DNA of 64,000 nt from Flavobacteriales bacterium (GTDB lineage Bacteria; Bacteroidota; Bacteroidia; Flavobacteriales_G; Salibacteraceae), in contig DNTB01000096.1 in the NCBI GenBank assembly GCA_003499525.1, positions 34,695-98,694 of the forward strand, written 5' to 3'. A program made the translations under genes and the position numbers. Below the pieces are notes generated by a model. That model was not told where the DNA came from, ran no database searches, and saw only the letters and a program-made list of their open reading frames with translations. Each line of letters opens with the position of its first letter. Within the stretch, counting starts at the first letter, position 1. Shown piece by piece: positions 59,501 to 64,000 of the stretch.

Positions 59501-61683
59501 AGAACCATTGCGCCATTCCCACCGTTGTTAGCAGGAGCATTAGTACCAAAGCTAATTCTGCCCAGAGGATCATTTGTTTCAAATTCCCAGATCCGGTCAT
59601 TTCCGCAATACACTATCGTATCATCCAGAACTGTAGCATTAGTGGTCGATTCAAAGTCTTCAACAAAGGGTAAGGTTGCTCCTAAAGATATTGCACAAAG
59701 AGGCATAGTAAATGTAAAAGGCCCAACCCATGCACTTTGACTGCCTCCACCACAATCGGATCTGACGTAATAGTCATATGAGTTTCCTGGAATAAAACCT
59801 CCGATTACAACAGGGTTTGAAGCTGTAGCAACCGTTGTACCGCTGCTTTGAGCAAAACCCAGCGGTCCATATTCCACTTCCCATTGAGTGGCTGTGCCAT
59901 TCTCTATCCAATTCAGAGAAACGGATACCGAGGATTGTGGTATTGCATTGAGGTTAGAAGGAGCAGTGCATGACGAAGACGAATTGAAGGTTACATCATC
60001 AATAGCCATATCACTAGTATATTGACTTCCTCTAATACCTCTAAACCTCAGTTTTACAGTTTGTCCACTATAAGCTGTAAGATTAACCTGCCTGATAAGG
60101 TATGGGTCTGTTTGACTCAATTGTTGTTGACCAACCAATGGAGCCATGATATCATTAGTCCAGAAACCTCCTGTATTGATATCCAGGTGAAGTTCGCCCA
60201 TACCCGCTCCGTACATATGATATGCAAACTCAATAATCGGGTTCGGTGAATTCAGTGTAATACATGGTGAAATCAGTTCTGCTGAAGCTCCCTGTGCCGA
60301 GCCGGTTGCTTCCGTATGGACGTAGTGTCCAAACGAGGTCCCTGTAGTATTATCAACGTCTGGCCCAGTGCTTGACGAAGGTGTATTTCCTTGGTTTACA
60401 TTCCAGCGAAACGTGGAAGTTGTATTTGAGGGAGAAGCTGTCCAACCATTGGTGAACCCGGTAGCATTTGTAGCGCTTAGAAAAGTTTCAAAGTCTTCTA
60501 CATAGCTCGTATTAAATGAAGAGCCAACATTGATATAGCCATTCTTAGTTTCAGATATGGTTTGTGAGCCATTGGAAATCGTCAGTTTAACATCGTAGGA
60601 ACCTGCGAAAGTATATGCATAGGAGGCATTCTGTGTTGTTGCATCAATAACACCGTCACCGTTCAGGTCCCATTGCCATGAGGTAGCTCCAACGCTATTA
60701 TCGGTAAAGTTTACTATCAGCGGAGTAGAACACGAGTTAGTAACGTTAGCAGTAAAATCCACATCAAAGGTGGAACAGGTAAAGTAATTTCTTTGGGTTT
60801 TATATGAAGCGTAAATTCTGGCATATTGATCGGTAGAAAAAGTCGTTCTGCAGGACTTTCTGGAATACGACATGATGTTCGTGGGATCAGGAACAAAAGC
60901 TTGTCCATTTGCGTCTACGGTAGCACCTGTATATGGCGAAGTGCCATTGTATACACATGATAGATTTACGTTGGCATTTCCTAGTTGGGGATCAGCCGGA
61001 GTATCGCATACCCTATCTCCACTTGTATTGCAGTTTGATCCGTTGACTAATTCATCAGTTATGACACCATTCGTGAGACCATGGGTATGGTACAGCGAAA
61101 AGAAATGGCCCATTTCATGGGGTAGTGTTGAACCGTTCATGGCACAACTATTACTCATCAAAATAAGATCAGGCCCCCCAGGAAAATAAGCATATCCGCA
61201 CAAAGCACTTCCGCCTGAAGAAGTTACTGAATTACAGAAATAAATATTTATTGCATTTGCCACACCATGGGCAGCATGCATTGCAGCCTCACTGGTTTGA
61301 TTGAAATTATAGTAAAGGTCATTATTGATATAGTTGACTCCATCGCATAAATAGAATTGCATTCCGGCATTCAAATAATATGAATTCATATTGGCCAGTG
61401 CACTATTTAGCTGAGCCACAGTCAGGCCACCAATGCCTGAGTTAGTTCTGGTAATGTGTGCTTTAATGGGAATGTAAGTTAGTGGAGGCAGTGCTATTTG
61501 ACTCGAATTATATAGATAATCCTGACGAGCCTTTTGATAATCAGCATCGTTTTCAACTTGTTGGATTTGCTGAGGCGTTGGATGAAATCCACATTCTTCG
61601 ATTCCCGATGTTTGAGCTGAAATAGATAATGAGAACAGAAAAAGGAATAACAGAATCAGTGCAGGAGATAGATAAATCTTCAT
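53593..61683 (-). CDS. 2696-aa T9SS type A cargo: SP, M43-like metzincin protease, PKD, MAM, FN3, jelly-roll, FN3, GEVED, FN3, MAM-like, FN3, MAM, 13 LDAG repeats, CTD
   Basis: Signal peptide MKIYLSPALILLFLFLFSLSISAQ. HEMGHFFSLYHTH and the downstream CDTPADP are typical of pappalysin-type M43. CTD: IRVYPIPAKEKLTIEIS...GVYLIEVSG...RIVVN. Confidence 0.92.
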   Translation of the reverse strand: MKIYLSPALILLFLFLFSLSISAQTSGIEECGFHPTPQQIQQVENDADYQKARQDYLYNSSQIALPPLTYIPIKAHITRTNSGIGGLTVAQLNSALANMNSYYLNAGMQFYLCDGVNYINNDLYYNFNQTSEAAMHAAHGVANAINIYFCNSVTSSGGSALCGYAYFPGGPDLILMSNSCAMNGSTLPHEMGHFFSLYHTHGLTNGVITDELVNGSNCNTSGDRVCDTPADPQLGNANVNLSCVYNGTSPYTGATVDANGQAFVPDPTNIMSYSRKSCRTTFSTDQYARIYASYKTQRNYFTCSTFDVDFTANVTNSCSTPLIVNFTDNSVGATSWQWDLNGDGVIDATTQNASYAYTFAGSYDVKLTISNGSQTISETKNGYINVGSSFNTSYVEDFETFLSATNATGFTNGWTASPSNTTSTFRWNVNQGNTPSSSTGPDVDNTTGTSFGHYVHTEATGSAQGASAELISPCITLNSPNPIIEFAYHMYGAGMGELHLDINTGGFWTNDIMAPLVGQQQLSQTDPYLIRQVNLTAYSGQTVKLRFRGIRGSQYTSDMAIDDVTFNSSSSCTAPSNLNAIPQSSVSVSLNWIENGTATQWEVEYGPLGFAQSSGTTVATASNPVVIGGFIPGNSYDYYVRSDCGGGSQSAWVGPFTFTMPLCAISLGATLPFVEDFESTTNATVLDDTIVYCGNDRIWEFETNDPLGRISFGTNAPANNGGNGAMVLDRSVSGSNAVNFATITLDLSAYNGNPFMNLSFDLANFSDEPNGNDRVWVRGSNSNSWIEVYDWSTGLAPGQWYNVNGIDLDAALSSAGQLFTNTFQVRFGQEDNFPFLTDGLGIDNIIIDEVTCPQPIALNLISKASSTATVGWIEQGAAAQWEVEWGPNGFVLGTGTSSVTASNPFQISGLSPGSSYDFYVRSICGGGDSSNWSGPYNISLVYCSTGGPAFNQDTDIRRALLNGVTFGIDNPTSCPGTIGVEDFTSTDSADLGVGLTFDLDLLLSTCGGVYGSAAEAWIDWNQNFLFEPFESIGTWSGTPAVLSSTIPNASFNFTVPASATLGETRLRVVMQENSTIPLDPCASFSYGAVEDYKIVVVDYCYEPHSLLAQNVTGYSADISWNNVGTSSLWEIEYGPSGFALGTGTNKSANATQTTISGLSQLTDYQVYVRSICGPGDTSTWVGPVDFTTPCGVYGVPFLETFTSLSSPQCWSSYGGENWIFTRNWPAYGASGLTDHTGNFGSFAGVDGSGTAFNDATLETPLIDITSLMSPQLSFYVFSNNIDAPGDNADLHVEVWDGSSWTRELTYAADNPNWVEALIDLSAYSDTIKVRWIVDHTVISGFTFHNDIVIDDVLIDEAPSCPKPTNLFVSNIGLNSFDLNWVENGAATTWIIEYGAPGYTPGSGIQWVTSTKPTTISGLSQNSMYDVRVRSICGPNDTSDWSAFAAVSTPNLVIAPWMDDFDLNADGITDGFANKWTQVSTTQFKWETSTAGTPSSDTGPSGPSSGNGTYLYTEASAGSSGDEAQFVSPLIDISALDTPYVDFIYHRYGADMGDMIVEIYDDNQWKTAVTFLGQSQTSLTAPWLKYGFDLSSFNLVDSIIQVRFRAIRQAGWFSDMAIDDFRIYEKLSGLNLGSDTALGVCESLVIDAGAYFSYLWSDGSTSNSVLIDASILAPGTYTYSVTVSDTFSNVLTDSIQITIASAPNPDLGVDTILCSTGSMVLSPGIFAAYSWQDGSTMPSYTVDASSLAPGLYSYSVTVLDNYGCTASDTVAVSVPSSSAVDLGNDTSICADDVLLLDAGTGFSSYLWQDGNTSSQYAVSGTADGYGLKTYSVAVTDANGCSASDTIIVDISSPLSLDLGPDTSLCLGNMIIIDAGAGFNSYSWNNGATSQMITINTSLTGVGTFGYSVSVSDSQGCLGQDSISISVSPNPTVSLGSDTSICYSSTYILDPGAGFASYLWSNGAATPSISVSNASQNVGNQLYSVTISDINGCTSSDSVNVNLRAPLVLNTLSDTSICHDGNVLLDAGTGYSSYLWNDGSTTQTNLLNGSLSGQGSFVLSVTVTDGFGCSDSDTATVTVNPEVITNLGPDTALCSNETYLLNAGAGFASYLWSDGSTSSQFVVDASNLSTGTSAFGVTVSDNLGCTDSDSVLITVFPLASIDLGNDTSLCFESSVLLDAGAGFNSYQWNTGETTNSIQVNGSGYGAGSQNFSVTVTDANGCGGSDSVSVQIYPQVLPNLGPDIHLCFNDTTLIDAGSGYSNYVWSDGTNGQFYLAHMGTVMTGANIISVTVSDANGCAGTDSVLITVLSELTVYLGADTGICSNDFVMLDAGSGPYSYVWQDGSNLQTYVVDGSVLGTGTHDIAVTLTDSNGCSASDTIEVMVNSSPQVNLGSDTAICHDGTLTLDAGVGQGTYLWQDGSTLPTLNVDGSTLNPGFYTYSVIISGLSGCTASDSIVVEVRDTVSVSLMGPPYICANSSIILDAGSGFSSYLWNTGENTSSIQISSAGQLPGQQSYSITVTDIAGCFGSDVITINYLPEVTTNLPDTIIETTSNTVVLDAGSGFILYTWDDGSTGQTRTVNNTGTYWVQVTDSLGCIGVDTVYVDIIVGNQIDASASQIRVYPIPAKEKLTIEISSRTAGKEMHVLVRSMEGKIVWKKRLAINSGTNVEDVDIVNWASGVYLIEVSGTEVYFMERIVVN
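53866..56800 (-). repeat. 13 tandem ~75-aa LDAG...SYLW.DGST...V(T/S)V.D..GC repeats
   Basis: 2935 nt over 13 copies gives 226 nt each. I enumerated the copies by hand from the translation. Confidence 0.88.
58392..58864 (-). other. GEVED-type module
   Basis: CSTGGPAFNQDTDIRR...STCGG...AEAWIDWNQNFLFEPFESIG...PCASFSYGAVEDYKIVV. Confidence 0.7.
61081..61119 (-). other. Metzincin zinc-binding motif HExxHxxxxxH
   Basis: The reverse complement reads cat gaa atg ggc cat ttc ttt tcg ctg tac cat acc cat, which is HEMGHFFSLYHTH. Confidence 0.9.
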
Positions 61684-61742
61684 GCTGAGGGTTGTTTTAT
61701 TGATGAGAAAAGCGAATATACCGAATAGGAGTGAGACAAAAC

Positions 61743-61770
61743 AAAAAAGGCCGTCTGATTTCAGACGGCC
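61743..61770 (-). terminator. Rho-independent terminator of the partial T9SS gene
   Basis: GGCCGTCTGA/TCAGACGGCC inverted repeat (61749-61770). On the minus strand it is followed by TTTTTT. It starts 24 nt after the stop. Confidence 0.8.
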
Positions 61771-61793
61771 TTTATTATTGGTTTTGAGTTTGA

Positions 61794-64000
61794 TTATCGA
61801 ATGGTAACGGTTTGGATAAGTTGCTCACCATCAATGATTAATTGCATTGAATAAGTGCCTGCAGCAAATCCACTCACGTCGATAGGTTCTATCATTCTTG
61901 AAGAAGAAATCGGAATTAGGTCATCAAGTACAATCTGACCGTTCGCATTGAACATTCTCAGTGTAATATCACCACTTCCAGTTAGTCCAGACATATCCAA
62001 TGTCAGTTCTTCGCTTGCTGGAACAGGATACACCTTGATTTCAGCATCATTCAGGATTCCTCCAATGGAGATAAAATAATCAAAGTATACTGTATCAGAC
62101 CCCATACAACCGTTGAAATCCATTACCTCTACCCAATAGAATCCTGTAGCATCAGCTGTATCCGTTTGCAGGGTGCTTCCATCTTGCCATAAGTATGATG
62201 CATAACCCGCACCGGCATCTAAGATCACGGGTACCGAAGAACTAATCGTATCTGGACCCAGATTAACCACTACAGGTGCAAACAGGATCACATTTACCGT
62301 GTCACTAGCAGAACATCCGGCAGAATCAGTGACCATTACGCTAACATCCGTTGGTGTACCTGGTGTTACAGAAGAAGTATCTACCGTAAAGGTTTGATTC
62401 ATAGAACCATCTTGCCACATGTATGAGGCAAATCCAGCACCGGCATCAAGTGTAAACGATTCGCATGATGATGTATCTGCACCCAGACTTATTGCTGGAC
62501 CAGCGCTTCCTACTACTGTTGCCGTGTCCGTACCTGGACAGCTCACAGCTGTTACTGACCAATCATAGAAGAAGTAGTAGAATCCTGCCAAACCATTTAT
62601 TGCTTCGGTAATTTCAACAGTTGACCCATCTGTATATGGATAAACCGCTCCACCGTTATTTCTGTATAGTCCTAGTACCGTTGATCCCTGAGCATCAATA
62701 ATGTATCCTGATCCCTCAGGCACAATTATACCAACAGGTATGCGGAAGGCTCCTGCTGATGGAACGGAAACTGCTGATGAACCAACAAGGTTTAGGCCAG
62801 CATCGAACACATTAACTTGAACGATCCCTGCACCATCAGCATAAACCGTTACAGAATCCAGAACAAATGCAGATAGCGCATTAAACACTAATCCATCTGT
62901 AAAGAAAGTATAAGGTCCACCTGTTCCTATGGTATTGTCCACCGGACCAACATTTGAGGATGATAGTATTGTAAATCCATCAACAATGTAGTCGTTAGAC
63001 CCCGCCATTGAAACTAAAGATAAAGTATTGGATGATCCACTTTGTATCAATCCTGAAGCATCGGACCACACATAGTAATCCAGACCTGCTGTAGCCGTTA
63101 ATGTCACAGAATCACCAGCACAAGCTGATTCATCATTTACTGAAACTGAAGCCTGTGGTTTAGTTTCAAGAGTATAACCATTGATTGAGTCATTTGATGT
63201 ATCAATATCACCTGCCAGCAGCGTATACACGTCAAGAACGTGCAAACCAAGTGGTGTCAAATCTGCCAGAGTTGTGAAAGAGTACACCAGGGTATCACCG
63301 GGTTGAACGGTATCAGCAACGGTTTCAGGAGTAATTGAAGTGCCGTCCAGAGTATAACCCACGTCGAATCCACTTTGAGCTATTAAACCTCTATTCTCGA
63401 TTACCATTGTTACGGTTTCCAAACCTAACCCACAACCGGGAACAGGAGATAATATAGACATAGTCGATAAATCGTCATTCGCTGGTATTCTAACTTCGAA
63501 ATTATCGACGAAAACATCATTGTTTTCAGGGTCATCGACTGTTCCGTCTGTTGCCCAAATTGCAATTTGCACCACAGATCCGGTATACGCAGCCAGACTT
63601 ATAACTTCATGATTACCAGCCGGACTCGTTACATAAGTACTATCGAAAACCGCTAATGAGGTCCATGTAACTCCATCAGTAGTGATTAATACCTGAACCT
63701 GATCGTCTGATCCCAGTGTAGCCGGAGTTGTAGTATTCCAACCATAAATTCCGAAGTCGAATTCCAACTGATGATTTCCACCTGTAAGATCAATTGACGG
63801 TGATAGCATCCAATCGCTAACGCCAACAGTCCACAGATTAACCTTAACTGCTCCTGTAGTTCCGTTATTCGCGAAACCATCCTCTATCCAGTTACTTGTG
63901 CCCGGAGTACCAGGCCCTGTTACCGGGTCTCCTCCCAAAGCTTCAGCCCAACAAGTAGAAGGTAACCAACCAGCTGTGAAGTCTTCCAGATAAGGAGTTG
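61794..64000 (-). CDS. T9SS type A cargo, N-terminus outside the window: choice-of-anchor-J-like jelly roll, CARDB-like, unknown beta region, 2-3 LDAG repeats, CTD
   Basis: The frame stays open past the track TTG at 63938 up to base 64000 (...TPYLEDFTAGWLPSTCWAEALGGDP...). DWMLSPSIDL and FVDNFEV fit the choice-of-anchor J type. CTD: IKVYPVPASEELTLDMS...GTYSMQLIIDGEQLIQTVTIR. Confidence 0.85.
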   Translation of the reverse strand, partial: TPYLEDFTAGWLPSTCWAEALGGDPVTGPGTPGTSNWIEDGFANNGTTGAVKVNLWTVGVSDWMLSPSIDLTGGNHQLEFDFGIYGWNTTTPATLGSDDQVQVLITTDGVTWTSLAVFDSTYVTSPAGNHEVISLAAYTGSVVQIAIWATDGTVDDPENNDVFVDNFEVRIPANDDLSTMSILSPVPGCGLGLETVTMVIENRGLIAQSGFDVGYTLDGTSITPETVADTVQPGDTLVYSFTTLADLTPLGLHVLDVYTLLAGDIDTSNDSINGYTLETKPQASVSVNDESACAGDSVTLTATAGLDYYVWSDASGLIQSGSSNTLSLVSMAGSNDYIVDGFTILSSSNVGPVDNTIGTGGPYTFFTDGLVFNALSAFVLDSVTVYADGAGIVQVNVFDAGLNLVGSSAVSVPSAGAFRIPVGIIVPEGSGYIIDAQGSTVLGLYRNNGGAVYPYTDGSTVEITEAINGLAGFYYFFYDWSVTAVSCPGTDTATVVGSAGPAISLGADTSSCESFTLDAGAGFASYMWQDGSMNQTFTVDTSSVTPGTPTDVSVMVTDSAGCSASDTVNVILFAPVVVNLGPDTISSSVPVILDAGAGYASYLWQDGSTLQTDTADATGFYWVEVMDFNGCMGSDTVYFDYFISIGGILNDAEIKVYPVPASEELTLDMSGLTGSGDITLRMFNANGQIVLDDLIPISSSRMIEPIDVSGFAAGTYSMQLIIDGEQLIQTVTIR

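Noticed and set aside
41866-61189. Plus-strand ORFs of 60-136 aa inside the three minus-strand mega-genes (e.g. 48121-48489, 59336-59740, 60872-61189)
   Set aside because: They lie entirely within long minus-strand ORFs that have clear domain content. They have no start context or recognisable motifs and show low-complexity translations.
1-64000. Scan for mobile elements, integrases, toxin-antitoxin pairs, defence systems, reverse transcriptases, tRNA or rRNA
   Set aside because: Every ORF above 150 aa is accounted for by the annotations above. None shows transposase, integrase, RT or nuclease motifs, and the intergenic gaps are too short or featureless for RNA genes. The giant-gene region therefore looks like a chromosomal surface-protein island rather than a mobile element.

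Overview
The window looks like a chromosomal segment from a Bacteroidota (Flavobacteriia-like) genome. Supporting evidence: gldF-gldG gliding genes, T9SS type A and type B C-terminal sorting domains, a PorP/SprF gene, and TAnnTTTG -7 promoter boxes. I cannot name the species. The left 19 kb is ordinary housekeeping: a PLP-dependent Cys/Met enzyme (cut by the edge), purC-phoH, a DUF62 SAM hydrolase, an ABM protein, an M1 aminopeptidase, gldF-gldG-DUF4340, dnaN, a rhomboid protease, a SixA-like phosphatase, a DUF2797-like protein, a BatA-like membrane protein and a dihydroorotase-like protein. The right 45 kb is dominated by five giant T9SS cargo genes. (1) A 6586-aa type B CTD protein (19180-38940) is built from about 65 tandem two-cysteine modules arranged in period-3 super-repeats. 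It is translationally coupled to a PorP/SprF gene, an architecture like SprB/SprF. (2) Four consecutive minus-strand type A CTD genes (41415-64000) are assembled from shuffled FN3, MAM, GEVED, CARDB-like and beta-helix modules, plus an M43 metzincin domain in one of them. All four end in the same cassette of ~75-aa LDAG...SYxWxDGST repeats before the CTD. Also notable are two tandem mini-genes (5790-6412) that encode little more than a signal peptide, a CxTC-PID motif and a TM-plus-basic tail resembling a sorting signal, and a dihydroorotase homolog that has lost its catalytic ligands. I saw no tRNA, rRNA, CRISPR array, transposase or integrase. All family assignments come from reading motifs by eye, with no database search.
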